64,000 nt of DNA from Thermodesulfobacteriota bacterium (GTDB taxonomy: Bacteria > Desulfobacterota_D > UBA1144 > Nemesobacterales > UBA2774). The position numbers and the translations under genes are program-made. The stretch lies in the NCBI GenBank assembly GCA_965216785.1, contig OZ244197.1, forward strand, positions 2,112,001-2,176,000, read 5' to 3'. Shown piece after piece: positions 39,530 to 49,657 of this stretch. Numbering within the stretch: position 1 is the first letter of the stretch; every line of letters starts with the position of its first letter. The notes under the pieces are model-generated. The model was not told the DNA's origin, made no database searches, and worked only from the letters and a program-made list of their open reading frames with translations.

Positions 39530-40141
39530 CTAATCGTCATCTCTTTTATACGTGATCTCCATCTGGCGGAATTCCTTGCCGTCCGCGCCCGAGGTGTAAA
39601 GCTCGTAGGTGTGGTTGTCATTATCGATAATAGTCGTTACGCCCCTGTACGTTCTATCTTCCCCTGTCATAGCATCTGTATAGCTTCCGGTTTCGGTTAG
39701 CTGCTTCTTTTCAGCATCGTAGCTGCCGGTGCCGGTCATCATTCCGGTGCCCATCGAGTCGATCCAGACGTTCGTATACACTTTTTTTACGTTATCATAG
39801 CCCATGATGCCGAGTCCCTCGAATTTCTGGCCCATCGATGTGCCATCGACGTCGGCCTCGATGAAGCGGCCGCCCATGATCCATTTTACCTCGTTCTCAC
39901 CTGTCGAGACGGCAGGCTCCGTGCCGGGCGCGTTCCACCATTTTACTGTGTAGTCCCAGTCGCCTACAAAATGATCGAGCACCTTATGTGCGTCTCCAGG
40001 AGTCGAATACTCATGCCACTTGGCCATCATCTCTTTTTCCGCGTCACTCATCTTTTTCTCGTCCGCCGAGGCCTGGTGGAGCGGTACTAGTGCGGAAATA
40101 ACCATCGTTACTGCAACTGCCAGAGTAAGAAACATTTTCAT
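39530..40141 (-). CDS. DUF1579 family secreted protein
   Basis: PG.AH..L...VG.W, GGRF, GYDN..K.Y...WIDSMGT. Confidence 0.88.
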   Translation of the reverse strand: MKMFLTLAVAVTMVISALVPLHQASADEKKMSDAEKEMMAKWHEYSTPGDAHKVLDHFVGDWDYTVKWWNAPGTEPAVSTGENEVKWIMGGRFIEADVDGTSMGQKFEGLGIMGYDNVKKVYTNVWIDSMGTGMMTGTGSYDAEKKQLTETGSYTDAMTGEDRTYRGVTTIIDNDNHTYELYTSGADGKEFRQMEITYKRDDD

Positions 40142-40388
40142 GATAATCCTCCTGCTTCGTTTTTTTATTAGTGAAAAGAATAACAGATAAAGACGGAGAT
40201 GAAACATATTTTTTTGAATATGAAATTATAAGAAAAAGTAGTCTGAATTTTTGTTGCACTTGCTAGTTTTGATTGTTGATGAGGGGCTATGATTAGACAT
40301 CACAAAAGAATTGTAATAAGGAACTATGATTTTTATCAATTTTAAAGTAAAATTGCATTTAGTCTTAGTTTAGAAGCAGGAGGCAAAA

Positions 40389-41411
40389 ATGAGAACATTT
40401 CTAATAGCAGGCTTGGTAACTGTAGCTTTTAGTTTTGGTTTGAGTCAAGTTGCGAGCGCGGTTTGCGTGCAGAACGGCAATACGCCCGAGGGTGGAAACA
40501 TAATCAACTGCCCGGGGCCGGTTCAGAACAGCCCGCTTAACACCGTAACCGTGCCTGGCACAACAAATCTGGCCGATGAAGTGAATATTCCCGAAGGCGG
40601 CGGACTTGATGTTGGTGCAGGCAGTGCCGTTGTAACAGATGACGGCAATGACAGGGTTACTACAAGCGGGGATGTAACAGGAGACGAAAGTGCTATCTTT
40701 ACGGGGCCTGGTGCTGATACAATTACTGTAAATGGGGGGAACTTGATTGCTGGTAGCCAACAGGCAATATGGTCAGGTGTGGGTGCAGATATAATCACGA
40801 TCAATGGAGGCTTTCTGGAGGGAGAAAATTCCCAAGCTATATTCTCTGATAGCGGAGATGACTTGATTACCGTAAATGCGGGCACCTTGGTAAGTGGTGG
40901 GAGTCAAGCCATGTTTACATCTGGCGGGAACGATATGGTTATCATAAACGGCGGTGTTCTCGATGCTTCCAATACTGATACTCAAATTATTTTTACAAGC
41001 AGTGAAAATGACACAGTCATATTAAACGGTGGTACTTATCTAAAGGGTAGTGATCAGGCCATCTTTTTGGGATCTCAAAATGACACTCTGACCTTTGGCG
41101 GAGATATTGACCTGGACGGATATGTTAATTGCGGCTCAGATTTCGATACTATCGTTTTTGCGATGGAAGTGCCGGAGGAAGCTGTGGGATTCTTCTCATC
41201 TAGAATCAACGGTGCCGACCCTGCTGGAGACAGCGTCGTTATTAACGATATTACCTATGAGTGGCAATTCTGCGAGCTGCTGGTGGCGGACCTTAACGGC
41301 GTCCGGGTAGCGAGACCGATACCTACGCTTTCCGAGTGGGGGCTGATCGCGATGGCGGGAGTGCTGGGGATAGTAGGGCTCATGGCTGTGAGAAGGAGAG
41401 TGGCTGCTTAG
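40389..41411 (+). CDS. IPTL-CTERM protein with Gly/Asp beta-roll repeats
   Basis: G.D.ITVNGG repeats; IPTLSEWG tail. Confidence 0.88.
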   Translation: MRTFLIAGLVTVAFSFGLSQVASAVCVQNGNTPEGGNIINCPGPVQNSPLNTVTVPGTTNLADEVNIPEGGGLDVGAGSAVVTDDGNDRVTTSGDVTGDESAIFTGPGADTITVNGGNLIAGSQQAIWSGVGADIITINGGFLEGENSQAIFSDSGDDLITVNAGTLVSGGSQAMFTSGGNDMVIINGGVLDASNTDTQIIFTSSENDTVILNGGTYLKGSDQAIFLGSQNDTLTFGGDIDLDGYVNCGSDFDTIVFAMEVPEEAVGFFSSRINGADPAGDSVVINDITYEWQFCELLVADLNGVRVARPIPTLSEWGLIAMAGVLGIVGLMAVRRRVAA

Positions 41412-41500
41412 CGGGAAATAGGATTAAAAGATTAGATCCGAACATCTGTTAGAATTTATGATAGTTAAAGCTTTATAGTAAACTGATTAATGGAGTGACG

Positions 41501-41980
41501 ATGAAAAACTTTAGCCTAGTTTTATTAATTGCAGCTCTGTTCATACCAACTTACAGTTACGGATATGCTCAAGCGCCTCCTCCTCCTTGCCCGTGCGATA
41601 CAGAAGAATTGCCAGGTGGTCTGACGGGTGATGAAATCATTGATATAGTCTGTCCCAATGGAAAGCTTGGAGTGGATAGTGAGTTCGTTCTGATACCCGA
41701 AGAGGTAAGAGTTTCCTTAGCTAGCGCGCCGAGTACAACGTACCGTACAGACGAACCCAATGTCGATGATTTCTTTTGTGAAATAAATACTGATGGAGTC
41801 TTACCCATAACATTAGAAATCACTGAGCAACAATATGAACTATGCAGAGCGCGCCTGATCATCGGCTGTGGATTGAACATGAAGCCAGTTCCTACGCTGT
41901 CTGAGTGGGGGCTGATCGCGATGGCGGGAGTGCTGGGGATTGTGGGACTCCTGGCTGTGAGAAGAAGGGCCGTTGCTTGA
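41501..41980 (+). CDS. Small IPTL-CTERM protein
   Basis: Signal peptide, Cys-containing domain, VPTLSEWG tail. Confidence 0.85.
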   Translation: MKNFSLVLLIAALFIPTYSYGYAQAPPPPCPCDTEELPGGLTGDEIIDIVCPNGKLGVDSEFVLIPEEVRVSLASAPSTTYRTDEPNVDDFFCEINTDGVLPITLEITEQQYELCRARLIIGCGLNMKPVPTLSEWGLIAMAGVLGIVGLLAVRRRAVA

Positions 41981-42049
41981 TTGAACTAGCTTGCCTATAA
42001 CAATGTTGTAAAGGGGCCGCACCCGCAGCCCCTTTGGATTTTCTAAAAT

Positions 42050-42595
42050 TTAACCGAAGAAGAAGTCGTTATCGTTATATTTATCAAGCGATGTGAAATG
42101 CACCCTTTGGTCAAGCTCGGGGTAGGTGGCCCTTTCTTCTTCAGTCTGGCTCAACTGATAAGCTGAGCACTTGCCTACGGTTATGATCCTCCCGGGATCC
42201 ACTCCTTCAGAGACAATGTACTCCTTGACCTGATCGGCGCGCACCTGGGCAAGTCCGTGCATAGCTGCCTCTGCCTTACTGCAGTATCCCTCAATTACCA
42301 CATAGGCTTCGGGGTTCTTCCTCAGCGTCTCGGCGTTGTCCAAGAGCACGGGCTCGGCATCGACTCTTATCCGGGCGCTGCCGCGGTCAAAGAATACGTC
42401 GCGCATCTTTTCAGTGGCGGCAGTCCTCTCAGCGGTGGGGAACAGTCCTGCAAGCATGGACGGCTCAACTTCTACGGCCTGCATCACAAGGGGGCTTATG
42501 ACCGATGAGGCTATTATGCAAAAACATGTAAATAACGGTAGTACTATATCTCTAATCAAAACGCCAATATTAATATTGCTCATAATGTAATTCAC
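42050..42595 (-). CDS. OmpA-like peptidoglycan-binding domain protein
   Basis: VFFD..SA, IEGY, LA..RA..VK.Y....GV...RI. Confidence 0.85.
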   Translation of the reverse strand: MNYIMSNINIGVLIRDIVLPLFTCFCIIASSVISPLVMQAVEVEPSMLAGLFPTAERTAATEKMRDVFFDRGSARIRVDAEPVLLDNAETLRKNPEAYVVIEGYCSKAEAAMHGLAQVRADQVKEYIVSEGVDPGRIITVGKCSAYQLSQTEEERATYPELDQRVHFTSLDKYNDNDFFFG

Positions 42596-42634
42596 CTCGT
42601 TTTATGGATTTTTACAGCGATATTCGCTCTAAAG

Positions 42635-42650
42635 TGCAATAGGCATGCCA
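42635..42650 (-). promoter_or_regulatory. Sigma-54 promoter
   Basis: TGGCAT-GCCTA-TTGCA on the minus strand upstream of the OmpA-like gene. Confidence 0.7.
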
Positions 42651-42990
42651 CTTATGGCATATTTCAGTCATATTGGTGACTTACGATATTTCGGACTGAA
42701 ATTAGTACGAATAATACAGGGAGAAAGTTTTAATTAGAACATGGCTAGGTGAGGAATATGGCACAGTTGGAGTACTTTACGATGTGAGGTGAGGAATCCA
42801 TTTCTCACCCCCATCCTAGCCTTCCCCCATCGAGGGGGAAGGGATATAAAAAAGAAAATAGACGAGAAATAAAATTTTAGTTTGTATATTGGAATTACAA
42901 TTTTCATTCCATACGAGATTTTTGTTGTTTCGGGTACACCGGAAATTTATACTTATTCGCGGTTCGATAGAAAACTAAACGGAGGCCCGT

Positions 42991-43509
42991 ATGTTACTCA
43001 GAAACACGCTCGCAATTATCATCATGTTAGGACTCGCTTTGTCCTTCAATATAAAGCCGTCACTTGCAAACGGCTCCCCCCAGTGGGTTACAGGTGAAGT
43101 AGCCTCGATAGTGGAGACGGGGGATTCAGGCCTGATAAGCCTTAAGCTTTCAAGGGGCGAGGTGCTCAGCGTTACATCTAAGTCCGCGCTACTTAAGGGG
43201 GTTAAAGTCGGGGACATCGTAACGGTACAGATAGTCGAGGGTAGGGTGCGCATAATACAGGTTGCCGAGAGTGCGCCCGAGCCGACTCCGAAACCAGAGA
43301 AAGAGAAAAAAGTTCAGTGGGTAACGGGCGAGCTTGTCTCGATTGAAAGGGGCGCGGATAGCAGCCTCCTGAGTATTAAGATGTGGGACGGGACTGTTTT
43401 TAACGTTGCCGCATCGAACGATAGGATCGGCAGCATAGAAGTCGGGGATTCTGTAATCGCCAAAGTTGTTGACGGATGGGCGGAGTCGGTAAGTAAAAAG
43501 GGGAAGTAA
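42991..43509 (+). CDS. Secreted protein with two tandem OB-fold-like repeats
   Basis: QWVTGE..SI...VGD.V..V.G twice, with a Pro/Glu linker. Confidence 0.75.
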   Translation: MLLRNTLAIIIMLGLALSFNIKPSLANGSPQWVTGEVASIVETGDSGLISLKLSRGEVLSVTSKSALLKGVKVGDIVTVQIVEGRVRIIQVAESAPEPTPKPEKEKKVQWVTGELVSIERGADSSLLSIKMWDGTVFNVAASNDRIGSIEVGDSVIAKVVDGWAESVSKKGK

Positions 43510-43556
43510 CGTTTTTTATAATTTAGCTAGCCATGATCCCCGGTAGCGGCTAGTGG

Positions 43557-44162
43557 TTAAACTTGCCGGTATGGGTACTCTAGCTCTTTTGCCGTGGCTT
43601 GGGCTACCTCTTCGCCGTAGTGAATGGTGACAATCCGGAGCGCCATGTCTATACCCGAGGATATGCCGGCTGAAGTGATGACATTGCCGTCCTCCACGTA
43701 GCGCACGTTCTCAACGACTTCAACTTCGGGAAGCATCTCGCGCATACGCTCTACGGACATCCAGTGGGTAGTGGCTTTTTTGCCGTTCAGAAGCCCGGCT
43801 TTGCCAAGAAGAATGGCCCCGGTGCATACGGAAGCAAGGGTTTTTACTCTCTTTGCCTGGGTGCGGATGAAGTGGAGCAGTACGTGATTACTGTGGGCTT
43901 CGCGCTCGCCTATGCCTCCGGGGACGATGAGTATGTCGAGCGGAGGGCTGTAATGGATTGTATGGTGCGGCGAGACCTTCATTCCACCCGACGCGTAAAC
44001 TGGACGGGGGTATTCTGAAATCAGCTGCACGTTGAAAGGTGAAGGATCTGTGAGCGACGGCTTGTCCGGCAGCCGGGTAGTGCTGAAAACATCGAACGGG
44101 CCGGCGAAGTCCAGAACCTGCATGCCGTTAAATATGAGTATTCCTACAGTGAGGTTTTCCAT
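43557..44162 (-). CDS. DJ-1/PfpI family protein
   Basis: LDFAGP, VPGG.G, SVCTGA, ATTHW, TSAGIS.GIDM. Confidence 0.93.
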   Translation of the reverse strand: MENLTVGILIFNGMQVLDFAGPFDVFSTTRLPDKPSLTDPSPFNVQLISEYPRPVYASGGMKVSPHHTIHYSPPLDILIVPGGIGEREAHSNHVLLHFIRTQAKRVKTLASVCTGAILLGKAGLLNGKKATTHWMSVERMREMLPEVEVVENVRYVEDGNVITSAGISSGIDMALRIVTIHYGEEVAQATAKELEYPYRQV

Positions 44163-44293
44163 GTTGTGTCGGTTTCCAAAGCAGGATAACAGATTCAGCG
44201 ATTGACGGATACAGTATACCTATATTATTCCGGGACTCTAGAGAGTTGCCGGATAAGGTCACTACATACTATGTGAAGAATAGAGCTTAAGCG

Positions 44294-45034
44294 CTACGCC
44301 TTGAGCGCGTTTCTTCTTCTCTGCGCGTAGATGAGCCCGATTATGCCGAGCGCCGCGACCATGGCGATCATACCCCACTCTGACATGGTCGGGATGGGTC
44401 TTGGTCCGGTGCCGAAATATACGACCGACACGCCCGGGAAAATCCCTGAATCAGTACCAATTTCAGGGGTTATTCTAATGGAAGAAATAGGCTCTCCGGA
44501 TGAAATCCCGAGGAAAACATTAAAAGCGCTTGTCGCATCTACTGTGGTTGATCCTATCGCCATGTCATTTGGGGCGAATATTTCGACCAGTAGAGTTTGG
44601 GAGCACGCAGGGCCACCTTTAGCTGTACACCCAATATTTAAACCGACTACATTATATTTTTCTTTCAGGAAGTCCACAATGAAAATGCCTATAGCATTAT
44701 CAACCAATGAATTATACGCATTAGCGAGTCCTGGGAAATTGGCCCCGTACAGCCTTAAGCCCCCGAATGAGCCACTGAATCGAAGACCCTGCTTTATGAC
44801 TCCGGGTGAGACACAATCATTGTTACTCTCTGTGGTAAACGGGGAGGGGCAAACTTTTGTTTGGCCAGGACTAATACTTGCCGCTGAAAAATCCTGCACC
44901 TTCAGGCCCGGGTATTCGGCCATAAACGCCGCTTTATCGTTAGTCAGCTCATAATTGCCGGAAAATGCCTGTACGGATGTGAGTAGTAAAACAAAAAGTG
45001 GTAATACAGCAATAGTCGTTATTGTTCTTAACAT
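44294..45034 (-). CDS. IPTL-CTERM protein (paralogue of 54331)
   Basis: IPTMSEWG tail; shared C.SP......C..PG.I..G..F block. Confidence 0.85.
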   Translation of the reverse strand: MLRTITTIAVLPLFVLLLTSVQAFSGNYELTNDKAAFMAEYPGLKVQDFSAASISPGQTKVCPSPFTTESNNDCVSPGVIKQGLRFSGSFGGLRLYGANFPGLANAYNSLVDNAIGIFIVDFLKEKYNVVGLNIGCTAKGGPACSQTLLVEIFAPNDMAIGSTTVDATSAFNVFLGISSGEPISSIRITPEIGTDSGIFPGVSVVYFGTGPRPIPTMSEWGMIAMVAALGIIGLIYAQRRRNALKA

Positions 45035-45149
45035 TCTTATTCCTCCTTTAGGTCGGTACCGATTACTGATTGGAAAATAGTAATATTGATAAAGATTAGT
45101 GCCAATTTAACACATATCGTAATAATAATCAATCATTTCGGGATGGAAC

Positions 45150-46703
45150 TTAAGACTCGTTCTCGGCCATTTGCTTAAGGGTCACGCGGTCTACCTTGCC
45201 GGTGGGATTGAGCGGTACCTCTTCCAGGAATATTATTTCCTCGGGCGCTCTGTAGCCTATTCTGTCACGCGCGAAGAAGATGAGCTCTGTCGCGGTGGGA
45301 TTCTCTGCGCCTTCTTTTATACTGACGTATGCCCTTACTTTCTCGCCGTGCATAAGGTCGTTAATTCCGATTACTCCCGCGCTCTCAACGGCCTGGTGCT
45401 CTAGGAGAGTTTCCTCTACTTCCTGGGGAGATATGTTAGAGCCGTCGTGCACGATGATCTGCTTTTTGCGGCCCCTGAACCAGAGGTAGCCGTCTTCATC
45501 CGCCTTTACCATGTCGCCCGAGTCGAACCATCCGTCTACTATAACCTCTTGGGTAGCTTCCGGGCGCTCCCAGTAGCCGGTCATAATGCTGGCGGTTTTT
45601 ACCCAATTTGTCCCTTCAATTCCGGCCGGGACTTCATTGCCGTCATTGTCCTTTATCTTCATGACGTATCCGGGAATAGGTCTTCCTATGGAGCCTTGCT
45701 TTATGAGTCCGGAAGGGGGGTTCATGGTGCCGAGCCCCATTTCGGTAGAGCCGTACCCCTCGTCGATGACAAGGCCCGTGAGCTCTTTGAACTCGCGCTC
45801 AAGCTCGAGGGGCACTTTATCGGCACCGGCGCGCATGAGTCTAAGGCTCTTGAAATCGTCCTTCTTCGCGTCGTGGTCCCTTACTACCCGGAAGAGGGCG
45901 GCGGGGATCATCGTAAGTACGGTAGGCCTCTCGCTGCGCATAAGCTGGAGCAGCTCGTCAGGCTCGGTGTTTGTGGGCACAAGCGCTCTGCAGCCAAGGG
46001 ACATAGCGCTGAGCGAGAACAAAAATCCCCCGAGGTGGGAGTGTGAGGAGTCCGCCACCATTACGTCTTCATGCGTAAGCTCAAACCCCTGCGCGCAGCT
46101 CGCGAACATATACTCGAGCGACCCGTGGGTATGCGTCACGCCCTTTGACGGACCCGTGCTGCCTGAAGTAAAGAATATAACGGTAGGCCAATCGGGCGCT
46201 GGGGAGGGAAGCGATACCCCGCCCGGCTCATTTTCCAGGAGGCTTTCAAACCGGACGTACGGCTCGTCTTCCGCCTCAATGCTGATGATGCCCAGGTGGA
46301 GGTTCCGTATTATCTCGCTCTCATCGGCGTGGTGAAGCCTTTCGTCGTGGACAAGGATAGTTTTTGCCCCGGAAACGTTGAGGGCGTGCTCTATCTGGGG
46401 GGTGTGGTAACGGTAATTGAGCGGTACCGCCACGAGCCCTGCTTTGAAGCACGCGAGGTAGTGGATGAGAAGCGCGGGGCGGTTGGGCATGAGCGAGGCG
46501 ATGCGGTCGCCTGGCTCAAGGCCGTGAGCAAGATAATTACCTGAGAGATTATTGCTTGCCTCCTCGACCTCGCGCCATGTGCGGCTCTCATCAAGCGACA
46601 CCAGGGCCGGGTCGTCCGGTCTGGTCTCCAGACCGCGCTTTAGTATGTTGAGTACAGCGACAGTTTCTTTTAGATCATCTCCGTAAATCGGCATTTCGCT
46701 CAC
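45150..46703 (-). CDS. Class I adenylate-forming enzyme (acyl-CoA ligase)
   Basis: FTSGSTG.SKGV, GYGSTE, SGD, GR.K, P..PTGKV. Confidence 0.93.
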   Translation of the reverse strand: MSEMPIYGDDLKETVAVLNILKRGLETRPDDPALVSLDESRTWREVEEASNNLSGNYLAHGLEPGDRIASLMPNRPALLIHYLACFKAGLVAVPLNYRYHTPQIEHALNVSGAKTILVHDERLHHADESEIIRNLHLGIISIEAEDEPYVRFESLLENEPGGVSLPSPAPDWPTVIFFTSGSTGPSKGVTHTHGSLEYMFASCAQGFELTHEDVMVADSSHSHLGGFLFSLSAMSLGCRALVPTNTEPDELLQLMRSERPTVLTMIPAALFRVVRDHDAKKDDFKSLRLMRAGADKVPLELEREFKELTGLVIDEGYGSTEMGLGTMNPPSGLIKQGSIGRPIPGYVMKIKDNDGNEVPAGIEGTNWVKTASIMTGYWERPEATQEVIVDGWFDSGDMVKADEDGYLWFRGRKKQIIVHDGSNISPQEVEETLLEHQAVESAGVIGINDLMHGEKVRAYVSIKEGAENPTATELIFFARDRIGYRAPEEIIFLEEVPLNPTGKVDRVTLKQMAENES

Positions 46704-46874
46704 CTACCAGGTCGTTCGCCATGCTACTTTTATACACCATAGTCATGTGAAGTTCAAAATCCCCGCCGGGGAGGGTGGGCTATACGTCTTGCAGTGTCCT
46801 ATTCCGTTACGGAATCAGAAAGATTGTGGGGGGAAGAATTTCGATAGGTAGATGGCTAAATTAGTTTCCGGAAA

Positions 46875-47162
46875 TTATTTCTCAATGGCTCTTAGCACTG
46901 TTTTTGCGTCTGTATCTATTATCTTTAATAAGGTCTGAGCCGGGCCTTGGGGGACTCGTTTTCCTTGCTCCCATTGCCTCAAAGTTGAGAGCGGTATGGA
47001 GAATGATTCTGAAAACTCCCGCTGAGTCATTTTTGTTTTTTTTCTGATCCCGGCTACGTCCATGGCTGTGTATCTCCAAACCCTTGCGCCGGTCTTTTTG
47101 CCCTTTTTCCATTCAATCGCTTCCTGAGCACCTTTTTTGATTGATTCGAATCTTTCAGTCAT
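46875..47162 (-). CDS. XRE-HTH antitoxin (HigA-like)
   Basis: TQ.EF....TLRQWEQG.R.P.GPA..LL. Confidence 0.88.
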   Translation of the reverse strand: MTERFESIKKGAQEAIEWKKGKKTGARVWRYTAMDVAGIRKKTKMTQREFSESFSIPLSTLRQWEQGKRVPQGPAQTLLKIIDTDAKTVLRAIEK

Positions 47163-47164
47163 TG

Positions 47165-47503
47165 TTAACTCCCTTTTAAAATTGTAGCAAGCTTTGAAAG
47201 CTCGTTTCTTTCGGCTTTGGTCAAATTATCTTTCTCGCCCTTACCGAATATATCTACTATGTGAACTTCTTGGTCCCTAGTTACAAAAAAATGTATCACA
47301 CGAACCCCACCGCTTTTTCCTCTACCACTTATACCCGCATACCTTAGTTTTCTAAAGCCCCCTGTGCCTTGAAGTAAGTTTCCTGATTTTGGGTGAGCAG
47401 CAAGTATGTTGGCTATTTCCTCCATATGTGCTTCATTTAACAGTTTCCCCGCTCTTTTTAAATAGTTCGGGTGTTCGATAACTGTTACGAGAAACTTTTT
47501 CAA
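47165..47503 (-). CDS. RelE/HigB-2 family toxin
   Basis: GTGG.RKLR....GKSGG.RVI..F..K.EK.NLT.AE. Confidence 0.9.
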   Translation of the reverse strand: MKKFLVTVIEHPNYLKRAGKLLNEAHMEEIANILAAHPKSGNLLQGTGGFRKLRYAGISGRGKSGGVRVIHFFVTRDQEVHIVDIFGKGEKDNLTKAERNELSKLATILKGS

Positions 47504-47587
47504 TTATTAGAGTACCTCAGTGAGTTACTTTTTGCAATAGACATATATTAAGTGGTGGTTTATAGAATGCTTTCGTGAGTTATCCCC

Positions 47588-48235
47588 TCACACGTTCTGG
47601 AAGATCCAGCGGACGCGTCCGACGACGAGGTTCTCGCTCATGTCGTCGAGCGGTATGGAGTAGTCCTCGACCATCTTGTTGTCGCTTCGGATGATGATCT
47701 CGTTTGGTTTTATCTCAAGGCGCTTAACTACGTAGCCCTCGTAAGGCAGATGCAGGCAGTAGATGGCGCTGCTGACCACCTTTTTATCGTTCGAGTCGAA
47801 TCCAACATAGGCGCCGTTTACGATGGTCGGGTACATGGAGTCACCCTCTACCTTAAAGCCGTTCGTGAAATTGCGCACAAGCTTTGAGGGAAGGGTGACG
47901 CGCTCTATGGGCTCTGCCTCTTGGTTCTCCAGCGGGTTCCCCGCGCCTGCAAGCTCCCATATCTTGATCTCTAGCAGGTCGCCGCTCCCGCCCATGACGT
48001 TTGAGATGTCCGGGAGGAACATATCGCCCTGGCCCCGGCGAAGCCACCTGGGACTGACGTTATATATCTTCTCGATGACCTTAAGGAAGTGATCGGGCGG
48101 ACTTGTGCGTCCTGCTTCCCAGCTGAGGATGGTGTTGAGCGATTTGCCCACGCCCCTGCCGAATTCTTCCTGCGTCAGGTCGAGTGCTTCTCTTATAAGT
48201 TTTATTCTTCGTGCTATTTCAATATTGTGAACCAC
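47588..48235 (-). CDS. Phage CI-like repressor (XRE HTH + S24 peptidase); start GTG 48235 or 48253
   Basis: LTQEEF..WE.G; AG site; VEGDSMYP, VVKRL. Confidence 0.93.
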   Translation of the reverse strand: MVHNIEIARRIKLIREALDLTQEEFGRGVGKSLNTILSWEAGRTSPPDHFLKVIEKIYNVSPRWLRRGQGDMFLPDISNVMGGSGDLLEIKIWELAGAGNPLENQEAEPIERVTLPSKLVRNFTNGFKVEGDSMYPTIVNGAYVGFDSNDKKVVSSAIYCLHLPYEGYVVKRLEIKPNEIIIRSDNKMVEDYSIPLDDMSENLVVGRVRWIFQNV

Positions 48236-48350
48236 TTTGGCCCCCTTTTTCACAAATCTGTGAAATAATGTGTTGACATATTCCCAATTCTGTGATTATA
48301 TTATACATAAAGAATATGACATTGACAATACTAATACACAATATTGTGAA
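48217..48350. promoter_or_regulatory. Lambda-like immunity region: four TCACA-N4-TGTGA-type operators and a rightward promoter
   Basis: TTTCACAAATCTGTGAAA (48248-48265) plus variants at 48217, 48281, 48335; TTGACA at 48273 with AT-rich -10. Confidence 0.75.
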
Positions 48351-48485
48351 TTGCAAGTCTTTTTCTGGGAAATACAAAGGATGAGCTTAACTACTAAAAG
48401 AGAAAATATCCAGCAGAGGGGAAAAGATTTCACCCCCACCTTTAATACTCTTCCTTTAAGAGGAAGAAAAAAGGATAACGGCGGG

Positions 48486-48953
48486 ATGATTAAAAAAGGG
48501 GATAAACAGATCATGGGAAGAATCGAGCATATAACGACACAGCAGATAATAGGGGAATGGGGGAGCATAGACAAGTTCGCGTTATCGCATGGGGTGAGCC
48601 CGGCTTCGACGAAGATGGTGATATATGTGGACGGGGCAAAGAGCAGGCCGGTAGAGGAGGCTATGAGGAAGTACGGCTATTTGAATTTGCTCCGTTTTGA
48701 GAAGGAACTGAGGAAAAGGGGTCAGACCTTCTCGGGCTATCTTGCGGAGGACGGGCTTAATCCTGTGGAGTTGATTGAGACGCTGAGGATGAAGGACGCG
48801 CACCCGGAGGTGGTGTCGGGACTGAAAAGGGACGGCATCTGGGGGCTACTGGAAAGGGGACAGGGGCGAGTGCACCGCAGCGATGACCTTGGGGACAGGC
48901 CGGAGCGCAAAGCGCGATCGGGGAGCAGGAATAAAGTTAGAGCGAGGGCATAA
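48486..48953 (+). CDS. Cro/Ner-like DNA-binding protein, possibly two HTHs
   Basis: Divergent from CI; GSIDKFALSHGVS HTH-like segment; C-terminus reads through hairpin repeats. Confidence 0.6.
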   Translation: MIKKGDKQIMGRIEHITTQQIIGEWGSIDKFALSHGVSPASTKMVIYVDGAKSRPVEEAMRKYGYLNLLRFEKELRKRGQTFSGYLAEDGLNPVELIETLRMKDAHPEVVSGLKRDGIWGLLERGQGRVHRSDDLGDRPERKARSGSRNKVRARA

Positions 48954-49028
48954 TGCAGGATGACAACAAAAAGAAAATGACAAGTTTGGTTGAAATTTTT
49001 GGAAGAAATACAAGTCAGGAGGTCGGAA

Positions 49029-49283
49029 ATGAAGTTATCTAAATTTTTTAAGTATGGGAGCTATTTTGTTTTGATTTTTGGCTTTTTGTATGTTTCATGG
49101 CACCTGGGCAGGGCTTTTGAGAAAGACGGGGCCTGGGGAGATGCGGCGGCGGTCAGGACGGTTGCCGCGTGCCCGGAGGTAGATGAGCTGAAGCGGGTCT
49201 ACGAAGAGGTGCTCAGGGAGCTTGAGGAGCCCACGCCGAAGTCTGAGTGGAACACCAGGTATATGGAGTTTACGAAAAGATAG
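49029..49283 (+). CDS. Small single-TM protein
   Basis: AGGAGGT RBS; one TM. Confidence 0.65.
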   Translation: MKLSKFFKYGSYFVLIFGFLYVSWHLGRAFEKDGAWGDAAAVRTVAACPEVDELKRVYEEVLRELEEPTPKSEWNTRYMEFTKR

Positions 49284-49284
49284 G

Positions 49285-49440
49285 GGTTGGATCCGTGTAT
49301 CCGACTGCACCCGGTTTCCCCGCACTATTCCATCCTTCTTGGTAAACGGGAAACCGGGGCTGCACTCCTACAGAAACGGTCCCGGCCGCTTAACGCTTTG
49401 CGGCTGCCTATCCGCAGAAAAGGCCGGGACTTCTTTTTTG
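49285..49440 (+). terminator. Three-hairpin structure ending in a terminator-like stem
   Basis: GGTTGGAT/ATCCGACT; CCCGGTTTCCC/GGGAAACCGGG; GTCCCGGCC/GGCCGGGAC-TTCTTTTTT. Confidence 0.65.
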
Positions 49441-49443
49441 GTG

Positions 49444-49640
49444 GGGGCAAAGGCGAGCGCAGTACAGCGATGCCGGGGAGTTAATCAAAAATGGGGACGG
49501 AGGCGAGCGTTTTAGTGCGATGCCGGGGAGTTAATCAAAAATGGGGACAGAGGCGAGCGTTTTAGTGCGATGCCGGGGAGTTAATCAAAAATGGGGACAG
49601 AGGCGAGCGTTTTAGTGCGATGCCGGGGTATTAATCAGAA
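49444..49640 (+). repeat. Four 50-bp tandem hairpin units
   Basis: AGGCGAGCG at 49451, 49501, 49551, 49601. Confidence 0.95.
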
Positions 49641-49657
49641 GCGGGAAAGGGATAAAA

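Noticed and set aside
45447-46335. Long plus-strand ORFs (199 and 249 aa)
   Set aside because: Antisense shadows of the acyl-CoA ligase
49444-49640. CRISPR or TIGR-type guide array
   Set aside because: Units are near-identical end to end with no unique spacers; no cas or Nop-domain gene in the window
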